A stretch of DNA of 64,000 nucleotides from Candidatus Microgenomates bacterium (GTDB lineage: Bacteria; Patescibacteriota; Microgenomatia; Daviesbacterales; UBA10151). The translations under genes were made by a program, and so were the position numbers. Location: NCBI GenBank assembly GCA_016182045.1, contig JACOYE010000009.1, forward strand, positions 1,328-65,327, written 5' to 3'. The notes beneath the pieces are model-generated. The model searched no databases. It saw only the letters and a program-made list of their open reading frames with translations, and had not been told where the DNA came from. This document shows, one piece after another, positions 8,733 to 16,308 of this stretch. Each line of letters opens with the position of its first letter. Positions within the stretch are counted from its first letter, which is position 1.

Positions 8733-9191
8733 TCACTTCAGTCCGATTTCTATTTTTTTAATCTTTTCAATTCTCCTTATGTGCCTTTCTTCATTGGTAA
8801 ATGGGGTCTCCAGCCAAAGTTTAACGGCGTCGATAGCATCTTCCTCTTTTAAAAACCTTGCCCCCAAAGATAAAACATTGGCATCGTTATGCTGCCTGCC
8901 AAGTTTCACTATATCCAAGCTACCACCATAAAATACAGTAGTTCTAATATTGGGAAACTTATTGGCCACAATTGCCTCACCCTGACCTGATCCACCTAAA
9001 ATTATGGCCTTACTGCTTGGATCTTTTGAAACTGCTTGGGCTGCTTTGGAAATAAAGTCAGGATAATCATCTTCCGCATCCATTTGATATGCCCCGAAAT
9101 CTTCCACCTCATACCCTCCATCTTGCAGAAATTTTTTAATCTTTTCTTTTAACTCAAACCCAGCATGATCCGTTGCAAGATAAATTACCAT
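8733..9191 (-). CDS. rpiB: ribose-5-phosphate isomerase B
   Basis: RpiB/LacAB family (YLATDHAGFELK...). Confidence 0.85.
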   Translation of the reverse strand: MVIYLATDHAGFELKEKIKKFLQDGGYEVEDFGAYQMDAEDDYPDFISKAAQAVSKDPSSKAIILGGSGQGEAIVANKFPNIRTTVFYGGSLDIVKLGRQHNDANVLSLGARFLKEEDAIDAVKLWLETPFTNEERHIRRIEKIKKIEIGLK

Positions 9192-9197
9192 ACTTAT

Positions 9198-9230
9198 ATT
9201 GTAAATTGTAAATTGTAAATTGTAAATTGA
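9198..9230. repeat. tandem heptanucleotide repeat (TTGTAAA, about 4.5 copies)
   Basis: attgtaaattgtaaattgtaaattgtaaattga sits 7 nt upstream of the rpiB start codon on the minus strand. Read on the coding strand it gives repeated TACAAT, -10-like hexamers. Confidence 0.8.
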
Positions 9231-9310
9231 CTTGATATATTTTGTTATACTTGACTGGAAAATTTTCTTCTGCTATAAATGCTAATGCTTGTATAATAGC
9301 AAGTTCTCAA

Positions 9311-9345
9311 GAAAACTCGCCATGCGCGAGTTTTTTTGTGGGTTG
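9311..9345 (+). terminator. intrinsic-terminator-like hairpin plus T7; flanking-repeat copy 1
   Basis: ACTCGC-CATGC-GCGAGT stem-loop followed by TTTTTTT. It shares the 18-nt string CGCGAGTTTTTTTGTGGG with 11494-11512. Confidence 0.6.
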
Positions 9346-9381
9346 ACAACAAATATTAATAATAGTAATTTGATATAGGAT

Positions 9382-11481
9382 ATGCTTATCCGAATTGCAG
9401 TATTTTTACTAACCTTTGTTTTTTTATTAACCCCTATTCAAACCGCATTCGCAGACACTGTTACATTTAGCACTCCAGTCAATATCTCTAATACCCCTGG
9501 TCCATCAGAATTTCCAGCTCTCGCCGTCGATAAAAATGGCACAGCTCATGTTTTCTGGGTAGAAAGACATCAAGGATCGGTTTGGGACTACTCGCAAGCA
9601 AAAATTTTTTATGCGACAAAAACCGAGGATGATCCTTGGAGTGAACCTATTGCAATGTCTGGAGTCACGGTAGCTCAATATCTGCCTGTACCGGCTGTTG
9701 ACGAAAACGGTACTATCCATGTGGTTTGGAGGGCGCTAGATACCCAACTCCTCCAATCTGGTATGTTTTACGCAAAAAAGCCTAGGGGCGGCAGTTGGAG
9801 TGAACCAACAATAATTCCAGGCACCGTTGAAATTCCTAACTCCATTACAGACCCGGGTGGCCTTGCAGTTGATGAGAGTGGTACTTTACACTTGGTGTGG
9901 CACGGCGGGGATGGAGTTGATAATGGCTGGTATGCTACCAAGGCGCCTGCTGAAAACTGGACTGAACCCACCAAATTCTTAGAGGCTGCTTATTTGCCCG
10001 ATATTGTCGTGGGCCCAGACAGAACCCTTCACGTAGTCACTCACGCATTTGGCCGCATACGCTACACTACTAAACCATTAGCAGGTTCCTGGACCGACTT
10101 GGTAGAGATTCCAACTCCAATTTATCCTCAGATGCCAACTTTGGCCATCGACGCAAGTGGCAATGTACATCTTACATGGAATGATCAAGGACAAATTTCT
10201 TATATGTTCAAACCAATAGATGGTAATTGGAGTACTCCTATACAAGTATCCCTGCCACCACGCGACAACTTGGGATACCCATCGTTGCTGATGGCAGGCG
10301 AAACGCTGCATGTTGTTTGGCAGGGGTCTGTTAACATGGCTCAAATATTTTACGCCTCCAAATCCCTTCAGGGCGAATGGACTGCTCCAATCACTATTTC
10401 AACTAACCCCACGAATAAGGGTGCTGTTCAGCCGAGAATCGCCGTTGGAGGAGGCAGAGCTCACATTGTTTGGCTCGATGATTCAAGTATGTTGGGGACG
10501 CAAGACGGGCGGGAAATATTTTGGTCCACAGCTAATGTTGATACTACTTCTCCAGTCATAACTTACGCTATTACAGGAACACTAGGTAATAATGGTTGGT
10601 ATACATCTGATGTTAGTGTTTCATGGAATGTGAGTGATCCGGAATCTACAATTACCTCAACTAGTGGTTGTGATCCAAGTGCGGTCACTGCGGATACAGC
10701 AGGCATAACCTTCACCTGTAATGCTACTTCTGCCGGTGGAACAGCTTCCCAATCCGTTACAATCAAACGGGATTCGACCGCCCCCACTGTCACTGTCACC
10801 TCACCTGATAATTTTGCAGTAGTGCCAATGGGTACAACTTTAAATTTTAATGCCGATGATAATCTAAGCGCTCTTGTAAATGTTACAGGAAGCCTATCTG
10901 ACGGAACAACCATAATAAATGTCACAAATGGCTACACAATAACCCAGCCAGGTGTTTATACTCTGATAGTAGAGGCAACAGATAGTGCAGGAAATACTGC
11001 AACTGAGACCCGCTATTTCGTTGTTTATAATCCTTCCTCTGGTTTTGCATCAGGCAGTGGGGTATTTACTCCTGGTGGCCAAAGTAGTGATTTAGGTGAC
11101 AATCTTCCGGGTTTGGATAACAAAAGTCCAGCTAGGTTTGGTTTTGTTGTCAAATATAATCCGGGAGCTACAACTCCAGATGGCCAACTGGAATTCCAAT
11201 ACCGTCAGGGGAACTTTAACCTTAACTCAACCGGGGTTGATTGGTTGGTTATTGTCAACAATAATTGGGCCAAGTTTCAGGGAAACGCAACAATTAAAGG
11301 TTTAACTGGCGAATATCCTTTCAGGGTTGATGCAAGGGATGGCGATTTTGGTGGGGGGAATCAATCAGATCGTTTCATCATTAAAATTTGGTCTCCTGGT
11401 GCCAATCCTGATCTGGCAGACCCCATTTATAAAGCTTCTGGTGACCTAATGGGAGGAAACATAGTAATTCATACTCAGTAG
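9382..11481 (+). CDS. secreted repeat protein: 7-bladed beta-propeller-like region plus Ig-like (HYR/BIg-like) domain
   Basis: Signal peptide. Seven repeats of ~50 aa each end in an xHxVW motif (HVFWV, IHVVW, LHLVW, LHVVT, VHLTW, LHVVW, AHIVW). A Cys-containing Ig-like module follows (DTTSPV...SGC...FTC), then a C-terminal beta-rich region. Confidence 0.6.
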   Translation: MLIRIAVFLLTFVFLLTPIQTAFADTVTFSTPVNISNTPGPSEFPALAVDKNGTAHVFWVERHQGSVWDYSQAKIFYATKTEDDPWSEPIAMSGVTVAQYLPVPAVDENGTIHVVWRALDTQLLQSGMFYAKKPRGGSWSEPTIIPGTVEIPNSITDPGGLAVDESGTLHLVWHGGDGVDNGWYATKAPAENWTEPTKFLEAAYLPDIVVGPDRTLHVVTHAFGRIRYTTKPLAGSWTDLVEIPTPIYPQMPTLAIDASGNVHLTWNDQGQISYMFKPIDGNWSTPIQVSLPPRDNLGYPSLLMAGETLHVVWQGSVNMAQIFYASKSLQGEWTAPITISTNPTNKGAVQPRIAVGGGRAHIVWLDDSSMLGTQDGREIFWSTANVDTTSPVITYAITGTLGNNGWYTSDVSVSWNVSDPESTITSTSGCDPSAVTADTAGITFTCNATSAGGTASQSVTIKRDSTAPTVTVTSPDNFAVVPMGTTLNFNADDNLSALVNVTGSLSDGTTIINVTNGYTITQPGVYTLIVEATDSAGNTATETRYFVVYNPSSGFASGSGVFTPGGQSSDLGDNLPGLDNKSPARFGFVVKYNPGATTPDGQLEFQYRQGNFNLNSTGVDWLVIVNNNWAKFQGNATIKGLTGEYPFRVDARDGDFGGGNQSDRFIIKIWSPGANPDLADPIYKASGDLMGGNIVIHTQ

Positions 11482-11512
11482 AAAGCTCACGTCGCGAGTT
11501 TTTTTGTGGGAG
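11481..11512 (+). terminator. terminator-like element, flanking-repeat copy 2
   Basis: gaaagctcacgtcgcgagtttttttgtggg directly follows the stop codon. It is identical to copy 1 across the 18-nt GC-hairpin and T-run core. Confidence 0.55.
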
Positions 11513-11514
11513 CA

Positions 11515-11543
11515 TAGTCGAATGTATTTTCTTGTGCTATAAT
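11515..11543 (+). promoter_or_regulatory. extended -10 promoter (TGcTATAAT)
   Basis: tgctataat at 11535-11543. The -35 is weak. Confidence 0.45.
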
Positions 11544-11548
11544 CTAAC

Positions 11549-11770
11549 TATTCTTTCGGGGTTTTGTGTAAGTCAAAATCGGTGGTAAAACTCCACGATC
11601 CCGCACCGTCTGGTGCAGGAACGAACTGGTGAAAATCCAGTAGCGACCGTACAGTCGGAATGAAAGAAAGACGTCGTCCCCGCGAAAGCGGGGAACCATA
11701 AAATAATTATATGGATCCCAGACTTGATCTGGAATGACTGATGAATTTAGCCCCGAAAGGGGCTTTTTTG
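11549..11770 (+). ncRNA. orphan small RNA (~220 nt), class unknown
   Basis: Its own promoter lies upstream. It is GC-rich with multiple hairpins (GCACC-GTCT-GGTGC, ACTGG-TGAAAAT-CCAGT, CCCCGC-GAAA-GCGGGG). It ends in a canonical intrinsic terminator (AGCCCCGAAAGGGGCT plus T6 at 11749-11770). No + strand gene follows, and the minus-strand ORF over it looks spurious. Confidence 0.5.
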
Positions 11771-11898
11771 ATTCCTTCAGTCTCGAGCTTAACAATTTCT
11801 GAACGTGGTAAAATTCCAAAAGCGGTTTCTTTGAAGCTAGTTGCTGATTTAAGTTTAGTAGATTTTCTCACAGCTCAATTCTAACACAACAGTAGCTG

Positions 11899-12171
11899 TT
11901 ACCTAAAAAGAGCTCGAGCTTGTTTGCGAGAGATTTTTTCCCCTTCCAGACGCATAGTATGGTAGACATCTTCAGGAAGAAGATTTTTTACATCAGGTTT
12001 TTTACCCATATTTAAATAGCGTTTCTTAAAGGTTCTAAACGCTTGGATAAGGCTTTTGTTTTTATTCACTAATTGAATGCTGGTCATACACCTATTATAG
12101 CACTTTTTACTATTTCTAATCTGGCCTAGTGGTATAATCGAGCCTAACATATGGACGAACTCTGTCTCCAA
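11899..12171 (-). CDS. hypothetical small protein; possibly a truncated Fic N-terminal-like fragment
   Basis: The C-terminal HTMRLEGEKISRKQARALF resembles the xIEG motif of Fic-family N-terminal regions, but no Fic core follows. Low confidence. Confidence 0.25.
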   Translation of the reverse strand: METEFVHMLGSIIPLGQIRNSKKCYNRCMTSIQLVNKNKSLIQAFRTFKKRYLNMGKKPDVKNLLPEDVYHTMRLEGEKISRKQARALFR

Positions 12172-12184
12172 ACTTTTTTCTTAA

Positions 12185-12235
12185 AACGCTTGATTTTGCT
12201 GAGCACTCCGGTCAGGACCCATCCTATCGTTATAA
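12185..12235. repeat. conserved ~50-nt 3'-flank element, copy A
   Basis: ttgctgagcactccggtcaggacccatcctatcgttataacta abuts the stop codon of 12236..13006. It is about 75% identical to copy B at 13745-13797. Confidence 0.6.
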
Positions 12236-13006
12236 CTAAGTAATTAGTGACTCAAACTTTGGCACCAAGCTCTCAACTTCATTAATCATAGATTGAATTG
12301 TTTCAATTAGTATTTCTCCCTCAATAATGCCAGGCTCATTTAGAACAATATTAAATCTAAATTGCATATTTGGAATTGGTTTTGCATCTGGACCATCAAT
12401 AAAAAGCTCATCTCCAACCTTAAGTGGAAATAGTATATCTGCAGGCTTGATAAATAAAGGTATGGCAGGTACTTTCAAGTCAGGAAAAGCTTTGGTCGTT
12501 GATACTTGTAGATGTTTACCAATATCCATACTTCCAAATGAGGATCCTACCGTAACAAGTAATCGATGTTTATCAATATTATTCAGCTGAGAAATTCTCC
12601 ATAGATTAATGTTGCCTTCTTTGTATGGCTTAACTGAATCAATTATGTCTTTAGCTTGTTGTGAAATTCCTTCAGTTTTTTTAATTTTCTCTCGTTGATA
12701 ATGATCAAAATCTTGGGATATCGGAAAATAGATATGACGGCCTATGTTACCATTTCCAGAACCAATGGTGAAAAGCTGATAAGCTAAATAGTCCAAAGCA
12801 CTTCTTAAATTCTGGATGATATCTCCTGTTATAAAAGCAATCTTTTCCGGAACCTGCTCTGCTTTAACAAGATAATAAATTAAACGCTTTGATTGTGGAT
12901 CGGATTTAGTATCAATTTTGTAAGGTTGTGAATCAAAAAAAGATTTTACCTCTTTTTGCAATTCCTCTTTTAACTGCTTAGCGCGTTCAATTTTACTTGT
13001 CCACAT
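12236..13006 (-). CDS. hypothetical protein (256 aa), accessory-island gene
   Basis: Clean ORF with no recognisable family. Confidence 0.5.
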   Translation of the reverse strand: MWTSKIERAKQLKEELQKEVKSFFDSQPYKIDTKSDPQSKRLIYYLVKAEQVPEKIAFITGDIIQNLRSALDYLAYQLFTIGSGNGNIGRHIYFPISQDFDHYQREKIKKTEGISQQAKDIIDSVKPYKEGNINLWRISQLNNIDKHRLLVTVGSSFGSMDIGKHLQVSTTKAFPDLKVPAIPLFIKPADILFPLKVGDELFIDGPDAKPIPNMQFRFNIVLNEPGIIEGEILIETIQSMINEVESLVPKFESLIT

Positions 13007-13085
13007 AAATGTGATGGCTTACGATCACTTTAGGTGCCCATCTTAACTGGCACAAGTCGACTATGTGGGAACTTTTTATTCCTAT

Positions 13086-13655
13086 CTATAACTTCCATTC
13101 TTTAGTTAATTTTTTTACTAAATCCTCTATATATTGTTCTAGGGTTGTGAAATCTTTCCTTGGATTGACAATTAAGGAATATGTCTTGTCCGTATTTTCC
13201 AGATCAATTATCTTAAATCTTACCTCCCCATTTGATGACAGACTACTTCGCTTATGAGCAATAATTTCCTTTCCGTACTTTTCATCTGGATGTGCTGAAA
13301 GTCTATGCCTTTTTTCTTTTATTTCAATTATCCACTCATCAAAGACCGAAGACTTAGATAATTTTTTACCAAAATTTATACATGAAGCTATATAGGCATA
13401 CGTTGCTATTGCAGAGCTGAAAATTTTGTACTGCATATCACTATATTTAGGATGATCAGATGTAGCTAGTTCATTAAGTTGTGGAACATTATTTTCCTCA
13501 AAAACTCTTACTTGGGCTTCGGCGTAGGTTAAATAAAGATATAGAGCTGATAACAGAAATCCTCTTTTATACCATAAAAGATCTGTTTGCATTAATTTAT
13601 TAACAGATAAATAAAGAGAATTAAGATTATCGTATGTATAAGGAATATCTGGCAT
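13086..13655 (-). CDS. hypothetical protein (189 aa), accessory-island gene; possible HEPN-like Rx4-6H motif
   Basis: Clean ORF. An RHRLSAH (R-x5-H) motif sits in a predicted helical region. This is speculative. Confidence 0.45.
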   Translation of the reverse strand: MPDIPYTYDNLNSLYLSVNKLMQTDLLWYKRGFLLSALYLYLTYAEAQVRVFEENNVPQLNELATSDHPKYSDMQYKIFSSAIATYAYIASCINFGKKLSKSSVFDEWIIEIKEKRHRLSAHPDEKYGKEIIAHKRSSLSSNGEVRFKIIDLENTDKTYSLIVNPRKDFTTLEQYIEDLVKKLTKEWKL

Positions 13656-13744
13656 TTAAATTGAAGTATATCAGAAGCTAAAATTCTTTACACTTGGAAC
13701 TTAATTTAAGTTGTTACAATAGTCTAAAGTGTTAAAAAAAGCTG

Positions 13745-13797
13745 ATCGTCCAAGTTTGCTGAGCGTACCGGTCTAGGACCATTTAGTCCTATAACTA
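13745..13797. repeat. conserved ~50-nt 3'-flank element, copy B
   Basis: ttgctgagcgtaccggtctaggaccatttagtcctataacta abuts the stop codon of 13798..14394. Confidence 0.6.
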
Positions 13798-14394
13798 TTA
13801 TATCTTCTTAAGTCTTTTTATGATAGATTCGCAGATGTCTGAAAAAGTATTAGCCCAATGTTCGTTTATTTCCTCACCCTCAGATAATTCTTCATGCAAG
13901 TGGACAAAGTTTCTTAAATCTTTTATTAAATGTATTTTGTAAAATTCTTTCTCAGAAATTAGATTGTTACTTAAAGCCGCATCAAGTGCGATATCAAATT
14001 TTTCTTTTCCGGTATATTCTCTTAGCACAGCTTCGATCAGCGAACCATACAAGATAATTGTTGGTTTCCATAACCTATTTTTTAGACATACTTTTGCAGA
14101 TTTGTAATCTCGTTGAAGAAGAAGTCTCAATCTATTGTTGTTTATAAAATCAAAAGTCCTACTACCAGCAATCTTACGATAATCAATATCAGTTCTTTCA
14201 TATTGTTTCTTCATTCGATTTCTTTGAAATTCTCTGAAATTGTCTGAAACAATTTTTGCACCTGGATATTTACGTAAATAGTCAGCCTTACTCAAATCAT
14301 GTTTTTTTAACAGATGAGTGGTCATATTCGTAAATTCATTTTGGCACTCCAAACATTTAATCTTCATAGACATATTTGACAAGATCTTTCTCAA
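13798..14394 (-). CDS. MucR/Ros-like C2H2 zinc-finger protein with an unknown C-terminal domain
   Basis: The N-terminal KCLECQNEF...THLLKKH...YLRKYP matches the MucR/Ros zinc-finger signature. The C-terminal ~140 aa are unknown and contain RNFVHLH (R-x5-H). The gene starts 13 nt after the tRNA-Gln CCA end. Confidence 0.5.
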   Translation of the reverse strand: MRKILSNMSMKIKCLECQNEFTNMTTHLLKKHDLSKADYLRKYPGAKIVSDNFREFQRNRMKKQYERTDIDYRKIAGSRTFDFINNNRLRLLLQRDYKSAKVCLKNRLWKPTIILYGSLIEAVLREYTGKEKFDIALDAALSNNLISEKEFYKIHLIKDLRNFVHLHEELSEGEEINEHWANTFSDICESIIKRLKKI

Positions 14395-14406
14395 AAACTC
14401 TTAGCT

Positions 14407-14480
14407 TGGCTGCTGGGCTTGGATTTGAACCAAGATAGATAGCTCCAGAGGCTATCGTCCTACCGTTAGACGACCCAGCA
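14407..14480 (-). tRNA. tRNA-Gln (anticodon CUG), CCA encoded
   Basis: Manual fold: acceptor stem TGCTGGG paired with CCCAGCA (U1-A72), discriminator G73 and encoded CCA; D-arm GTCT-AACGGTA-GGAC; anticodon stem ATAGC paired with GCTAT around loop CTCTGGA; T-arm CTTGG-TTCAAAT-CCAAG. Confidence 0.8.
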
Positions 14481-14594
14481 ATATTTGGCAAAATTATAAG
14501 GACCTACTTCGCACTTCGGTGTGAAATATTTTACCTCGTGCTCGCAGAACCTGTTAATTCTCTCCGAGAATTATATCAATTTTTAAACTGGAAA

Positions 14595-14960
14595 CTAATG
14601 GGGGAATTTGCGGAGACCCCAGCCTGCTATTATGGCTGAGGCAGAAATTATTCCCAATAAAAAGGTGGGGAAGGCTGTTTTGGGTAATGTTTCAACACCA
14701 CCCTTTGTTCGCTCAGCTATTCTGCTGTAGGCGGAAGCTGGTGTAGGTGAGGGAGCCATGAAAGTATCCTGACCTAAAACTGAGGAAGGACTCGGAGACG
14801 ATGTTGGGCTACCTTCTATTTGAGCTACCTCAACCTGAGAGTTACTAACCTTTCGGGCTGAAAATCCACCACTAATTAAAAAATATCCCACTGCCAAGGC
14901 TGCTAATACAAGTCCAATAGTTATTAATCTAAGCCAACGAGGATCATCCATGTTGGGCAT
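14595..14960 (-). CDS. hypothetical membrane-anchored Pro/Ser-rich protein
   Basis: N-terminal TM segment and a low-complexity S/P-rich stretch. Co-directional with and downstream of gltX. Confidence 0.4.
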   Translation of the reverse strand: MPNMDDPRWLRLITIGLVLAALAVGYFLISGGFSARKVSNSQVEVAQIEGSPTSSPSPSSVLGQDTFMAPSPTPASAYSRIAERTKGGVETLPKTAFPTFLLGIISASAIIAGWGLRKFPH

Positions 14961-14984
14961 TCTATCACAAAGCTATGAGTCTTA

Positions 14985-16307
14985 TCAACTTGATGATTTC
15001 TCCAGATATGCTAAAGCTTCATTTGCTCTTTTTAAAGTCTCTTCTTCCCCCAATATTTTAACACTCTCAAAAAGCGGCGGGCTAACCAATTGGCCCGAGA
15101 TAGCCACTCTGATCAACTGGAAAGTTTGGGTCGCTGAAAGTCCATGGCTTTCACCAAATTGTCTGAATGTTTTTTCAAACATATCAGCCTTCCATGGTTT
15201 CTCCATCTTTTCCATCACCTCTAACATCTCTTTCAATAACTTCACTATGTCCAACCTTTTCTTAACCACTTTTTCAAATACCTCTTGTTCGTACTCCGGT
15301 TTTTCCCAGAGAAAATCTGTCAGCGGTATGAAATCCGATAACTTCTTAATCCTCTCTTTAACAAGCGGTATAACTTTATCTAGCTCCTCATCTGCTGGAT
15401 GTTCTAGTTTTCCTTGAGAGATATCCTTCAAATATTCTAAGATTTGAGTTTTGAGTTTTGAGTTTTGAGTTTTCCTAATATATTCTCCATTCATCCATTC
15501 CAGTTTCCGGACATCAAAAATGGCAGGGGCAGTATTTAAATCTTTCAAATCAAATTCTTCTATCATCTCCGACAGAGTTAAAATTTCTTTTCCAGAGGGA
15601 GGGGTCCATCCCAAAAGCACCAGGAAATTGATCAACGCCTCTGGTAAAAATCCATCTCTTTTATAATCTAAAACACCTATGCTTCCATGTCTTTTGGAAA
15701 GTTTACTTCTATCAGTTGCTAAAATATTGGGAGAGTGGGCAAACTGCGGAATATCCCATCCAAATGATTCATACAACATGATGTGTTTTGGTGTTGATGA
15801 AATCCAGTCTTCACCACGAGTCACATGAGAAATGTTCATCAGATGATCGTCAACCACGGAGGCCAAATGATAGGTGGGATATTCATCGGATTTTAAAATT
15901 ACAAAATCTTCCACCTGCCTATTCTCAAACTTAATGCTCTTATTACCCACTAAATCAATCCAGGAAGTTGAACCCTCTTTTTTTGTCTTAAAGAAAATTG
16001 CTTCTTCCTGTTGGTAAGCTTTATCAGAATTCAATAATTGAAGTGCATGTTCTTTATAAATATCCAATCGTTCTGACTGAAGGATTACTTTCTCGTCCCA
16101 ACTCAGACCAAGCCACTTTAAGCTATCATAAATGGCACTATAACTTTCCTCAACTTCCCTTTTTTTGTCGGTATCCTCAATTCTTAAAAGAAATTTACCC
16201 CTGTTGTGTTTTGCAAAAAGATAGGTAAAAAGTGCAGTTCTCATATTACCCACATGAGGATTACCGGTAGGTGATGGTGCATATCTTACTCTAACTTCCT
16301 CAGCCAT
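14985..16307 (-). CDS. gltX: glutamate--tRNA ligase
   Basis: Class I HIGH region (APSPTGNPHVGNMRTALF) and KMSKS-like motif (KLSKRHG). Confidence 0.85.
   Translation of the reverse strand: MAEEVRVRYAPSPTGNPHVGNMRTALFTYLFAKHNRGKFLLRIEDTDKKREVEESYSAIYDSLKWLGLSWDEKVILQSERLDIYKEHALQLLNSDKAYQQEEAIFFKTKKEGSTSWIDLVGNKSIKFENRQVEDFVILKSDEYPTYHLASVVDDHLMNISHVTRGEDWISSTPKHIMLYESFGWDIPQFAHSPNILATDRSKLSKRHGSIGVLDYKRDGFLPEALINFLVLLGWTPPSGKEILTLSEMIEEFDLKDLNTAPAIFDVRKLEWMNGEYIRKTQNSKLKTQILEYLKDISQGKLEHPADEELDKVIPLVKERIKKLSDFIPLTDFLWEKPEYEQEVFEKVVKKRLDIVKLLKEMLEVMEKMEKPWKADMFEKTFRQFGESHGLSATQTFQLIRVAISGQLVSPPLFESVKILGEEETLKRANEALAYLEKSSS
15445..15473. repeat. tandem heptamer (TGAGTTT x4) inside the gltX coding sequence
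   Basis: tgagttttgagttttgagttttgagtttt. It is read through as KLKTQ... on the coding strand. Confidence 0.7.
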
Positions 16308-16308
16308 A

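Noticed and set aside
11549-11770. Cobalamin or TPP riboswitch assignment for the orphan sRNA
   Set aside because: Only short motif coincidences (GGTGAAAATCC, TGATCTGGA). There is no B12 box and no CUGAGA, and no downstream gene to regulate.
11544-11819. 91-aa minus-strand ORF over the orphan sRNA
   Set aside because: It overlaps a promoter-to-terminator-defined structured RNA, has no RBS, and its composition is driven by GC hairpins.
12185-13797. Integron attC sites as an explanation for the repeated 3' elements of the island genes
   Set aside because: No R''/R' core pairs (RYYYAAC...GTTRRRY) and no imperfect-palindrome attC architecture. No intI nearby.
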